In this document: piece after piece, positions 9,151 to 18,076 of the stretch
Layout of the letters: each line of letters starts with the position of its first letter
How positions within the stretch are numbered: the stretch's first letter is position 1
Assembly (NCBI GenBank): GCA_002436415.1
Contig: DJMA01000027.1
Span: forward strand, 15,782 to 79,781
Source: Bdellovibrionaceae bacterium UBA6502
GTDB lineage: Bacteria > Bdellovibrionota > Bdellovibrionia > Bdellovibrionales > UBA840
DNA length: 64,000 bases
Direction: 5' to 3'
The notes under the pieces: generated by a model
Told to the model about the DNA's origin: nothing
The model's input: only the letters and a program-made list of their open reading frames with translations
Databases searched by the model: none
Position numbers and translations under genes: made by a program

Positions 9151-9914
9151 TGTCGATTCGTCCTATTAAAATGATTCCATTCATCTTACCACTATTAATT
9201 ATTTCTTGCGGAGGGATTAAGACTCGCAAAGATTTAAAAATTGCTGGTATTGAAATTAAAAGAAACAATGCAAGTTCAGGAAGTAAAACTACGCAAAGTG
9301 CACCTGAGCAAAGAGTTGTAGTTGTTGAAAGAGTTGAACAAGAGTCTCCTCGTGAGGAAGTGGTTCGAGTTGCGCAAGCTGAACCAGTTGTTCGACAGAG
9401 CACTACTTCCGGATCTTCTGATCCAGTGAGTATGAAGCTGCAAATGGCTTCCGAAATTCGTCGTATTAGTGGAGAACTTCAGGATTTGAAAGATATCAAA
9501 TCAGAGGAGCTTCGTAAGTCTCAAGAAAATGAAATGAAATTAGAAGAGCGCTTAAAGCAAATGGACGCAAGACTTGCGGTATATGAGCAAAGTATTGCAG
9601 CTCTTGAAGAAGAAATTCGTCATTTGAAAACTTTGAAGACCGCAAAGCCCGCTCCTAAAAAAGGAATTTTTGAAAGAGCCGAAGATCATATGGCCTCTAA
9701 GGACTGGAAGAAAGCCATTTTGGAGTTTGAAAACTATCGTAAGAAGTATCCAAAAGGTAGAAGAGTTAGTCTAGCGACCTATAATATTGGAGTATGTTTT
9801 CAAGAGTTAAAACTTAACGAAGAGGCAAAAGCTTTTTATCAAGAGACTCTAGATAAATACCCTAATACCGATGCTTTCAGAAAAGCAAAATATCGTTTGA
9901 ATCAATTAAAATAA
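9150..9914 (+). CDS. cpoB: Tol-Pal TPR protein CpoB/YbgF-like
   Basis: Lipoprotein signal, coiled coil, C-terminal TPRs (KKYPKG...YNIG...KYPNT); located downstream of pal. Confidence 0.75.
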   Translation: MSIRPIKMIPFILPLLIISCGGIKTRKDLKIAGIEIKRNNASSGSKTTQSAPEQRVVVVERVEQESPREEVVRVAQAEPVVRQSTTSGSSDPVSMKLQMASEIRRISGELQDLKDIKSEELRKSQENEMKLEERLKQMDARLAVYEQSIAALEEEIRHLKTLKTAKPAPKKGIFERAEDHMASKDWKKAILEFENYRKKYPKGRRVSLATYNIGVCFQELKLNEEAKAFYQETLDKYPNTDAFRKAKYRLNQLK

Positions 9915-9915
9915 A

Positions 9916-11229
9916 TTAGGTAGCACTTAGTTCAATGATGAACTGAGTGTTTTTTGAATCTGCGTTGTAGTAGAGTTTACCATTGTGAACGTCTTCAATA
10001 ATCTCTTTGCAAACATCAAGACCTACGCCAGTCCCGTCAGAGTCTGTTTTAGTACTAAAAAAAGCTTCAAAGATTTTTTCTCTTAACTCAACCGGAATAC
10101 CATTCCCTGAGTCCGTTACAGAAATAAGGATTTTTCCATCTTTTTCATTGGCCTCAAGGACAATCCACTTTTCATCCAATTTATTGATTGCGTGTTTCGA
10201 GTTATTTACTAAATTTAAAATGACCTGAGTGATTTGTGAAATATTGCCACTTAGTTTTTTGTCTGTATTGATAATGGTTTTAAAATGAATGGAGTACTCT
10301 TTTAGGAAGTACTCACAAAAAAGTCTTACTTGTTCAAATAACTTTGCAGGCTCAATCTCCTCAACACCGACTTTTTGCTTTTTAGAAATCCTGCGTGTGG
10401 AATCGATTAGGTCCACTAATCTCTGACTTGTTTCATGGATCACAGCTAGGTGCTTTTCGGCTTTTTCAGGACTTAAATTGGAGCGAACCAATCGCGTGCT
10501 TCCCATAATGATTGCCATCATATTCTTTATTTCATGGATCAAATAGGCATTTTGGCGTCCTACTTCGACAAGACCTGAATTTTCAACCAGTGTTTGTCTT
10601 TGCGAGTGTGCGACCTTAAGGTATTTTTTAAATAAACCAACGAGGGGAGAAAAAATCAACCTTGCTTCGAGCCATAAAATGAATAAAGTGAAAAGCAATA
10701 AAGAAAACTCAATGAGACTGATTCTCTGAATGCTTTTTCTGTTTATAGCTTCGTATTCGAACACAATACTATCCATAATTTTTAAAAACTCTTCAGAGAT
10801 CTTGTTGACCGAGTCCAATTCAATATTGTCTTGGCAGGAAGATTTTATACAAGAAACTATATTTTCAAATCGATTTAAATACTGGTCTAAAGAGGAATAC
10901 TTTTCGCTGATCGACTTAGAGTTGAGAGCATTTAAGTCACCACTGGAAAGTCTTTGATGGGTCGCACTCAAAAGTTCAAAGTCATTCAAAAGTTGTTGGA
11001 TTTCGGCGGTCTCTTTTTCTATGCGATTTTCGAAAAGAAAAATCTCTTTGGTTACTTTTTGTGAAAGCATTCTTTGGCGACCAGAGAGGTTAATGACTTC
11101 CCCGTTAATTTCTGTGCTTCGAAAGTGAAGTTGTAAATAAATTTGAATCACAATGGCAATGATCGCAAGGCTTAGAAGTGCGAAGCGATATCGATTTTTA
11201 TAACTTTTAATGAGTGATTCTTTTTCCAT
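9916..11229 (-). CDS. Sensor histidine kinase with PilJ/NarX-like periplasmic sensor
   Basis: TM-sensor-TM layout with INLSGRQRMLSQ, H-box IHEIKN, N-box NLVNNS, DSGNGI, FFSTK and GTGVGL. Confidence 0.88.
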   Translation of the reverse strand: MEKESLIKSYKNRYRFALLSLAIIAIVIQIYLQLHFRSTEINGEVINLSGRQRMLSQKVTKEIFLFENRIEKETAEIQQLLNDFELLSATHQRLSSGDLNALNSKSISEKYSSLDQYLNRFENIVSCIKSSCQDNIELDSVNKISEEFLKIMDSIVFEYEAINRKSIQRISLIEFSLLLFTLFILWLEARLIFSPLVGLFKKYLKVAHSQRQTLVENSGLVEVGRQNAYLIHEIKNMMAIIMGSTRLVRSNLSPEKAEKHLAVIHETSQRLVDLIDSTRRISKKQKVGVEEIEPAKLFEQVRLFCEYFLKEYSIHFKTIINTDKKLSGNISQITQVILNLVNNSKHAINKLDEKWIVLEANEKDGKILISVTDSGNGIPVELREKIFEAFFSTKTDSDGTGVGLDVCKEIIEDVHNGKLYYNADSKNTQFIIELSAT

Positions 11230-11559
11230 ATTTTTTTCTTTCAAGTTCAGTAACTTATCGGAATGCAATCAAAAAAATAAACAGTAAAATTAGAAATTAC
11301 CAGCATTTTTAAGCATTTAGCTAAAGTTATTTGGCTTTTAAATTTACAAAAACTAAGTATTACTATTAAAAAACTAATAAGATTTCTTTTGAATTCTCAA
11401 AGGTGTTTTTTTTCAGAGTCACTATTGGCCCTTCGCCTTGGTAAAAATTATTCGATGTCTTAAAAAAATACTTCTTAAGCAGGGATCTAAGGTCTCATTT
11501 TTTGGTATCTTTTAAGAATCATGGTATAAAGGCAGACACTTGTAAAACTGAGGATTTTT

Positions 11560-12630
11560 GTGAAATATAACCGTGTACTTGCCATTGAGACATCCTGTGA
11601 TGACACTTCAGCTGCTGTAGTAGAAGCGGATGGTTATGTACTGAGTTCCATCGCCGCCAGTCAGGACCAAGAACACCAAGCCTTTGGTGGTATTGTGCCT
11701 GAAATTGCGAGCAGAAATCATTCTTATCATTTATTACCTGTTATCGATAAAGCTTTGCAAAAGGCTCAGAAAACTTGGGATGATATCGATGCAATCGCAG
11801 TAACTAGTCAACCTGGATTGATAGGTTCACTGATGGTCGGTGTGGTAACCGCCAAAACTCTAGCCATGGCAAAAAAGAAAACCCTGATCGGAGTCAATCA
11901 TTTGGAAGGGCATTTAATGGCTCCTTTTTTAAAAGATGAAAATTTTCAACCGCCAAAAGATTTTGACTATCCCTTTGTTGGCTTGGCAGTTAGTGGAGGA
12001 CATACGAGTTTGTACTATTGCCGTGCTTTAGGCGATTACCAAATTCTTGGTTCGACGGTAGATGATGCTGCTGGAGAGGCCTTTGATAAATTTGCAAAAA
12101 TGGCAGGTCTTGGATATCCAGGAGGAGTCAAGGTGGATCAATTCTCCAAAGAGGGTGATCCTAAGGCTTATGACTTTCCCCGCGCATTGATGCAGAAAAA
12201 ATTGCGAAATTTTAACTTTAGTTTTTCGGGTTTAAAAACGCAAGGTCAGCTACGACTTCAAAAGATGTCTGATGAAGAGAAGAAAAAAGAAATTCACAAT
12301 CTTTGTGCTTCCTACCAAGAAGCCATAGTTGATGCCTTGTTGGCAAAATTAGATTGGGCGGTCATTGATCACTTTTTAAAAGACAACAAAACTCCCAGAG
12401 CCATCTTAACTGGTGGAGTTAGCGCAAACTCTAGATTGCGTGAAAAAGCCGAAGAGTGGGCGAGAAGAAAGAAAGTCCAATTGGTTGTACCGCCATTGCG
12501 CTATTGTACAGACAATGCTGCAATGATTGGGATTGTTGGATTAATGAGATTAAACCAAGGGGAAAGCAGCGACATTCGCTTGGGCGTTTCCCCAAAGTCA
12601 ACCATCTTGGAGCAAGCTTGTTCGTCTTAG
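11560..12630 (+). CDS. tsaD: tRNA N6-adenosine threonylcarbamoyltransferase
   Basis: Motifs IETSCDDT, GGIVPEIASR, HLEGH, VSGGHT, DDAAGEAFDK and CTDNAAMI. Confidence 0.97.
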   Translation: MKYNRVLAIETSCDDTSAAVVEADGYVLSSIAASQDQEHQAFGGIVPEIASRNHSYHLLPVIDKALQKAQKTWDDIDAIAVTSQPGLIGSLMVGVVTAKTLAMAKKKTLIGVNHLEGHLMAPFLKDENFQPPKDFDYPFVGLAVSGGHTSLYYCRALGDYQILGSTVDDAAGEAFDKFAKMAGLGYPGGVKVDQFSKEGDPKAYDFPRALMQKKLRNFNFSFSGLKTQGQLRLQKMSDEEKKKEIHNLCASYQEAIVDALLAKLDWAVIDHFLKDNKTPRAILTGGVSANSRLREKAEEWARRKKVQLVVPPLRYCTDNAAMIGIVGLMRLNQGESSDIRLGVSPKSTILEQACSS

Positions 12631-13418
12631 ATCGATTAAAAAATAGAATGCAAGAAATGGGCATACGTCCCAACAAAACTTTGGGGCAGAACTTTTTGGT
12701 AAGCCAAAATGTGATAGATAAAATTATCCAAGCAGCGGTTCATTGTGAAGCCAAAGAATACATTGAGGTAGGGCCTGGGCCGGGAGCTTTAACGGATTTA
12801 CTTTTAGAAAATCAGCTAAAGCCTTCTCTAATTGAAATGGATAAGAAGATTGCGGAATATTGGCAGAGCCAAGGTTTGAATGTAATTCAAGGAGATGCCC
12901 TTAAGCAGAATTGGAGCGAGCTTATCCAGACGGATGACTGTTGTTTTGTTTCAAATCTTCCTTATCAAATTAGTTCTAGCATAGTCATTGATAGAAGCAT
13001 CGGTCCTAAGCAAGTTCGTAATATGATTTTGATGTTTCAAAAAGAGGTAGCACAAAGGATTGTAGCCCCAGAAGGTGGTAAAGATTATGGCCTTTTAAGC
13101 GTCATAGCACAAAGCTTTTGGGAGATCGAAAAAGTTACCGAAGCGGGACCAAAAGACTTTTTTCCACCACCTAAAGTGGCTAGCAGAGTCTTAAAGTTCA
13201 CTCGAAAAGAAAATGATGTTGATGGCATAAAATTATTAAAATTGACCAAAGCAGCTTTTGCCCAAAGACGTAAAAAGTTGCTTAAAAACCTGAGCTCTTT
13301 TTCCTTGGACCAAGAAAGTCTAAAAAATGAGCTAAAAAAATGGGGATATGCCGAGTCAGTTCGCGCAGAACAATTGAAAGTCGAAGAATTCCAATCTATC
13401 GTAAAAAACTTCCTTTAG
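12618..13418 (+). CDS. rsmA: 16S rRNA m6,2A dimethyltransferase
   Basis: Motifs LGQNFL, EVGPGPGALT, SNLPYQI, FQKEVA and FAQRRK. Start refined to TTG 12618 after GGAG. Confidence 0.95.
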   Translation: MFVLDRLKNRMQEMGIRPNKTLGQNFLVSQNVIDKIIQAAVHCEAKEYIEVGPGPGALTDLLLENQLKPSLIEMDKKIAEYWQSQGLNVIQGDALKQNWSELIQTDDCCFVSNLPYQISSSIVIDRSIGPKQVRNMILMFQKEVAQRIVAPEGGKDYGLLSVIAQSFWEIEKVTEAGPKDFFPPPKVASRVLKFTRKENDVDGIKLLKLTKAAFAQRRKKLLKNLSSFSLDQESLKNELKKWGYAESVRAEQLKVEEFQSIVKNFL

Positions 13419-13422
13419 TTAT

Positions 13423-14748
13423 TTGCATAGAGAGGCGAATTTGATCCGTGGTTTTATTGTAGCATTGAGTTTGTTTATAGGTCAGTCAGCGATGGCCGAT
13501 GTTCAAAGTATGTTTGGAATGGGGATTAGTTCCATCGGCTCCTCTGGCGCAATTCGTAGTAGTAGATCAGACCTTTTAAGTAACTATTTTACACCTTCTG
13601 CTCTAACCGATTATGAAGAGGTAAAAGTAGCGGCTAGTTTTCTTTACTCTGTAGATAATTTTAAGGACATTGATTCTGTAGTTACAGACTCTGTGAAGTA
13701 CGGAGCTTCAAGTACCAAAACCGATAATGTAGACACTGACACTCCTGATTTAAACAATCTTCTCTTAGGTTTAATTATACCCAGCAGTCGAAAAGGCAAG
13801 AAGCACGGACTAGCTGCGTTTACAACAATGCCTTTTGGAAAGTTCTTAGCTGTTGAAACCCAATCGGCTTACTATCCACAATATATGATGTACCAAAGTG
13901 ATGGCCAAAGAATGACGGCTTCTTTCCATTTTTATGATGATTGGAATGAAAGCTGGGATTATTCCATTGGTTATCATATGTATTTTGCAACGGGATCAAC
14001 GGTCGTAACTCGTTTTCCATCTAGTTCGGATTCGCAACCAAGCTCTTCCAATGTCGACTTAAAAGTAGAAGTAAAGCCTGCATTTGCTCCAAGTTTTAGT
14101 TTGCGAAAAAAATTAAAGGAAGCACAAATTGACTTTAGTTATATCGGTGAAAGAGATGCTAAGCTTGCCTTTAATGCAGATAATTCGATCAATGTTTTTG
14201 TTAGTCCAGTCCCGATTGTTGTCGATGGAAATTCGTCTCTGTACTACGATCCAATGCAAATTCAGATTGGCTATCAAAAGCATTTTGCGAAGTCTAGTTT
14301 GTACCTTGGCTTAGAATATGAAAAATGGTCCGATTTTAAAAGTTCCGTTATGGTTATGGACATTAGCGGTGCCAATAGTTTTGAGCAGTTAAATATTGAT
14401 AGAAGCTTTAAAGACATCTATGTACCACGCATTGCTTGGAGTACTGGTTCGGATGATTCCAAATGGACCGTGGGCTATAGTTATCGCCCTAGCCCAGTTA
14501 AATTTGGCTTGGATGAATCAAACTATTTGGACTCTGATCGACAAATTTTAGGTTTTTCCTACCAGATGACGGGCCAGAAATTATTTGGACTTTTTGATTT
14601 GGATTATCGTTGGGGAACGGCTTTTCAGGTGCATCGATTGAACAATCGCTACATCCAAAAGCAAGAAAGTGATTCCGTAGGTTATCCAGGATATGAAATT
14701 GGTGGAGAGGTTTATAGTCTGGCAGTACAGATTGAAACCAATTTATAG
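13423..14748 (+). CDS. OmpP1/FadL-like outer-membrane transporter
   Basis: Signal peptide, Gly-rich plug with 'NYFTPSAL' (cf. YYNPA), 'EYEKWS' and 'GYSYRPSP' barrel motifs. Confidence 0.65.
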   Translation: MHREANLIRGFIVALSLFIGQSAMADVQSMFGMGISSIGSSGAIRSSRSDLLSNYFTPSALTDYEEVKVAASFLYSVDNFKDIDSVVTDSVKYGASSTKTDNVDTDTPDLNNLLLGLIIPSSRKGKKHGLAAFTTMPFGKFLAVETQSAYYPQYMMYQSDGQRMTASFHFYDDWNESWDYSIGYHMYFATGSTVVTRFPSSSDSQPSSSNVDLKVEVKPAFAPSFSLRKKLKEAQIDFSYIGERDAKLAFNADNSINVFVSPVPIVVDGNSSLYYDPMQIQIGYQKHFAKSSLYLGLEYEKWSDFKSSVMVMDISGANSFEQLNIDRSFKDIYVPRIAWSTGSDDSKWTVGYSYRPSPVKFGLDESNYLDSDRQILGFSYQMTGQKLFGLFDLDYRWGTAFQVHRLNNRYIQKQESDSVGYPGYEIGGEVYSLAVQIETNL

Positions 14749-14896
14749 GCAGCACTGTAAGTGTCAAATCTATAGCAAAGCTTTTGTTTTAAAAAAAATG
14801 TAAAAGTATTTTACACAAAAGCGCTGAAGTTACTGAAATTAATCGTGAAATGAAAAAGAAACTTAATGTACAAGACTTTCGTACCGAAACGATAGT

Positions 14897-16009
14897 ATGG
14901 CTGATTCCGATAAATCCAACAAACTTCTACAACTTCGTGATGGCATCGATGAAATTGATGATCAGATTAAAAAACTATTGTTAGAGCGATTTGAGTTAGT
15001 ATCTGAAGTTCAACTTTACAAGGCCAATCATAAAGTTCCAATTATCGATAAGAATAGAGAGGATCAAAAACGCCAAGCCTTGCGTGCCGATCTCGAAGAT
15101 TCTACAGCAAATCAGATTCAGAATATTTTTAATGAAATCATGAAGCAATCCAAGCGAAGGCAATTGTCACCAGGTAAATCCAGTTTGCTCGGTGAAGTTG
15201 GTATTGTGGGCATGGGTTTAATGGGGGGAAGTCTTTATAAAGCAATAAAAGAACATCATCCACTCATTAGCTTAAAGCTTTGGGATAAAGAACCCAACGC
15301 AGATTGGAATATGTCTGAGCTATCTGAGGTCTTAAAATGTAAATATATTTTTTTAGCATTGCCAGTGACTGCCATTAAAGAGTTTTTGAGTTCCAATGCA
15401 AATTTGATTTCCTCGGAGTCTACTGTAATTGATTTTGGCTCGACAAAAAAAATGCTAAGTGAGCATTCGGATAGTATTCCAGATAAAAAATGGAAGTTCA
15501 TACCTGCGCATCCTTTAGTGGGTAAGGAAAGTTCCGGCTTTGAAAATGCCGAAGCTAGTTTGTACCACGGAAAAACCTTGGTGATTTGTAAGCATGAGAT
15601 TTTTCTAAAGGATGATTTTTTAACGGAGTTACTCGGTGGAGTAGGTTTACGGTTTTATTTCATGAACTCTCAGGACCATGATGATGCTCTGGCCTATATC
15701 AGTCATTTGCCACATTTGCTGGCTTTGGCATTGATTCAAACGGTTAAAGATCTGCCTTTAGAGAAAAATGCCATTCCTCAGAGCTTCAAAGATTTGACTC
15801 GAATTGGTGGAGCCAATGGAAGTTTGTGGGCGGATATTTTTGAAAGCAACAAAGACTCACTACTAAAGGCAAATGAACAGTTTATAAAAAATCTGCAAGC
15901 CATGGCTGCGGATTTAGAGAATATTGAAAAACTATTTACCGATGCAGTTCAGTTTCGGAAGGAGTATTGCGATGATTATTCATATGAAGTCGTCCCACAA
16001 CAAAAATGA
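14897..16009 (+). CDS. tyrA: Chorismate mutase (AroQ)-prephenate dehydrogenase fusion
   Basis: CM domain: LRDGIDEIDDQI...LLERF...DKNRE. TyrA domain: GMGLMGGS, DFGSTK, HPLVG, HDDALAYISHLPH. Confidence 0.9.
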   Translation: MADSDKSNKLLQLRDGIDEIDDQIKKLLLERFELVSEVQLYKANHKVPIIDKNREDQKRQALRADLEDSTANQIQNIFNEIMKQSKRRQLSPGKSSLLGEVGIVGMGLMGGSLYKAIKEHHPLISLKLWDKEPNADWNMSELSEVLKCKYIFLALPVTAIKEFLSSNANLISSESTVIDFGSTKKMLSEHSDSIPDKKWKFIPAHPLVGKESSGFENAEASLYHGKTLVICKHEIFLKDDFLTELLGGVGLRFYFMNSQDHDDALAYISHLPHLLALALIQTVKDLPLEKNAIPQSFKDLTRIGGANGSLWADIFESNKDSLLKANEQFIKNLQAMAADLENIEKLFTDAVQFRKEYCDDYSYEVVPQQK

Positions 16010-17015
16010 CTTAGACAAAATCAAAAACAGAATTGAAGAACTGGGATGTAATGCCCATATAATTCTGGGTTCTGAAATCACTACGGTGAGTGTACTAGGG
16101 GAGACGACTAAGTTATCGGTAAAAGAGTTTGAAACTTATGATGGAGTGGAATTTGTAACAAGGGTTTCAAAGCCATTCAAACTTTGCTCGATTGAAGGAA
16201 AACAAGACGGGCAAAAGCAAACAGTCATCGATGTTAAAGGAGTTAAAATTGGTGGTGGTCATTTTGTAAGTATGGCAGGCCCATGTGCTATCGAGTCCTG
16301 GGAAAGAACTCTAGAAATTGCAAAATCCGTGAAAGCCAGTGGAGCGCAGTTTTTAAGAGGAGGTGCTTTTAAGCCTAGAAGCTCGCCGTATTCCTTTCAA
16401 GGCCTAGGGGAAGAGGGGCTCCAATTTATGCAAAAAGCTGGTGCTGAAACTGGTTTATTGACAATTTCTGAGGCTATGGACTCCGAAGGTTTAAGGCTAT
16501 GTATGGAGTATGTAGACGTCATTCAGATTGGCGCAAGAAACATGCAAAACTTTAGTTTTCTAAAAGAGCTAGGAAAGGTGGATAAACCAATACTTTTGAA
16601 GCGTGGTATGTCGGCAACGATCGAAGAGTGGTTGATGTCTGCGGAATACATTTTATCTGGTGGAAACAGCAAGGTCATTCTTTGTGAGAGAGGGATCAGG
16701 AGTTTTGATAAACAATATTCTCGAAATGTTTTAGATCTAAATGTAGTGCCTATTTTGAAAGAGTTAACGCATTTACCAGTAATAATTGATCCTAGTCACG
16801 GTACGGGTCATAGACATTTGGTTGCCCCAATGGCAAAGGCCTCTTTGGCTTGCGGAGCAGACGGAATCATTGTAGAAGTTCACAATGAGCCGCAAAAGGC
16901 TATGAGTGATGGACCCCAAGCTTTGTTACCTGAAGACTTTGAAAAATTGATGAAAGACATTCGTAAAATTCAAAAAGCTCTAGGTAATGAGGAAGAAGAA
17001 AGTAACGTAGCATAG
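15972..17015 (+). CDS. aroF: DAHP synthase type I-beta with N-terminal regulatory domain
   Basis: Motifs AGPCAIES, RGGAFKPRSSPYSFQG, QIGARNMQNF and DPSHGTG. Start refined to ATG 15972 after GGAG. Confidence 0.95.
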   Translation: MIIHMKSSHNKNDLDKIKNRIEELGCNAHIILGSEITTVSVLGETTKLSVKEFETYDGVEFVTRVSKPFKLCSIEGKQDGQKQTVIDVKGVKIGGGHFVSMAGPCAIESWERTLEIAKSVKASGAQFLRGGAFKPRSSPYSFQGLGEEGLQFMQKAGAETGLLTISEAMDSEGLRLCMEYVDVIQIGARNMQNFSFLKELGKVDKPILLKRGMSATIEEWLMSAEYILSGGNSKVILCERGIRSFDKQYSRNVLDLNVVPILKELTHLPVIIDPSHGTGHRHLVAPMAKASLACGADGIIVEVHNEPQKAMSDGPQALLPEDFEKLMKDIRKIQKALGNEEEESNVA

Positions 17016-17016
17016 T

Positions 17017-18075
17017 ATGAAATTTTCATTTAAGAGAAACTTCGAGTCAGAACTAATTTTTGTTGATCAATTGAGTGGAATGGCCTTAGACCCATCCACT
17101 TCAGTGATATTTTACGATCAAATTGTTGAAGAGCATAGTGTAGTGAAAGACTACCTTTCTAAGTTTCAGTACAAAAAAGCTTTAAAGGGCGGCGAAGAAT
17201 TGAAGAGCATGGCAAGATTTGAGCAAGAATTTGCATGGCTCAATGAAGTTGCACAGCAAGTTTCTTTTAAAAAAATGCAAGTGGTTTGTCTTGGTGGCGG
17301 AAGCCTTGGGGACTTTGTGGGATTCATTGCTTCTGTTTTCAAAAGGGGAGTTAGTTTTATTCAGATTCCTAGTACATGGCTTGCTGCCATTGATAGTTCT
17401 CATGGGGGAAAGACCGCATTAAACTTTGGAAATGTTAAAAATCAAATTGGTAGCTTCTACCCAGCCAGTAAAATCTATTGTGTCAAAGAGCTTTTATTCA
17501 CCCAACCTGAAACTTTGGCTGAAGACGCAGCTGGTGAATTGTTTAAATCCGCCATTTTATCTCAAAATAAAAAACTTCATAGTTTGTTGGCTGAGAAAAA
17601 GAAACTTAGCAAAGAATTGATTTGGGAAAACCTAGCGGATGCTATCGAGTTAAAATATCAGATTATTGAACGAGATCCCTTTGAGTCTCTAGGGATTCGC
17701 TATTTATTAAATTTAGGTCATACCATGGGACATGTTTTTGAAGCGGTTCATAAACTTAGTCATGGTAAGGCTATCGCAGTTGGTATGATTTATTCTCTAA
17801 AGTTTAGTGAGCTTCATTACTCTTTAGACGATCGGTTTGGGCAGATTATAGATATTTTAAAACATCACTTTAAAGATGAGTATGATTATGCAATTCAAAA
17901 TCCTATGAAGCCAAAACAAGTGGAAAGCTTGTTGCTAGCTGATAAAAAACGTTCATCGAAAGATAGTGTTCATTTTATATGTACTCGAGAGCTAGGAGAT
18001 TGCCAGGTAGAGGAAATTAAACTCTCGGCTTTGATCTCTGAGGCTATTAACCAAGGCTTTGTTGTAAAGGGATAG
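17017..18075 (+). CDS. aroB: 3-dehydroquinate synthase
   Basis: Motifs GGGSLGD, KRG, DSSHGGKTA, KNQIG, LNLGHTMGH, HGKAIA and DKK. Confidence 0.92.
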   Translation: MKFSFKRNFESELIFVDQLSGMALDPSTSVIFYDQIVEEHSVVKDYLSKFQYKKALKGGEELKSMARFEQEFAWLNEVAQQVSFKKMQVVCLGGGSLGDFVGFIASVFKRGVSFIQIPSTWLAAIDSSHGGKTALNFGNVKNQIGSFYPASKIYCVKELLFTQPETLAEDAAGELFKSAILSQNKKLHSLLAEKKKLSKELIWENLADAIELKYQIIERDPFESLGIRYLLNLGHTMGHVFEAVHKLSHGKAIAVGMIYSLKFSELHYSLDDRFGQIIDILKHHFKDEYDYAIQNPMKPKQVESLLLADKKRSSKDSVHFICTRELGDCQVEEIKLSALISEAINQGFVVKG

Positions 18076-18076
18076 A

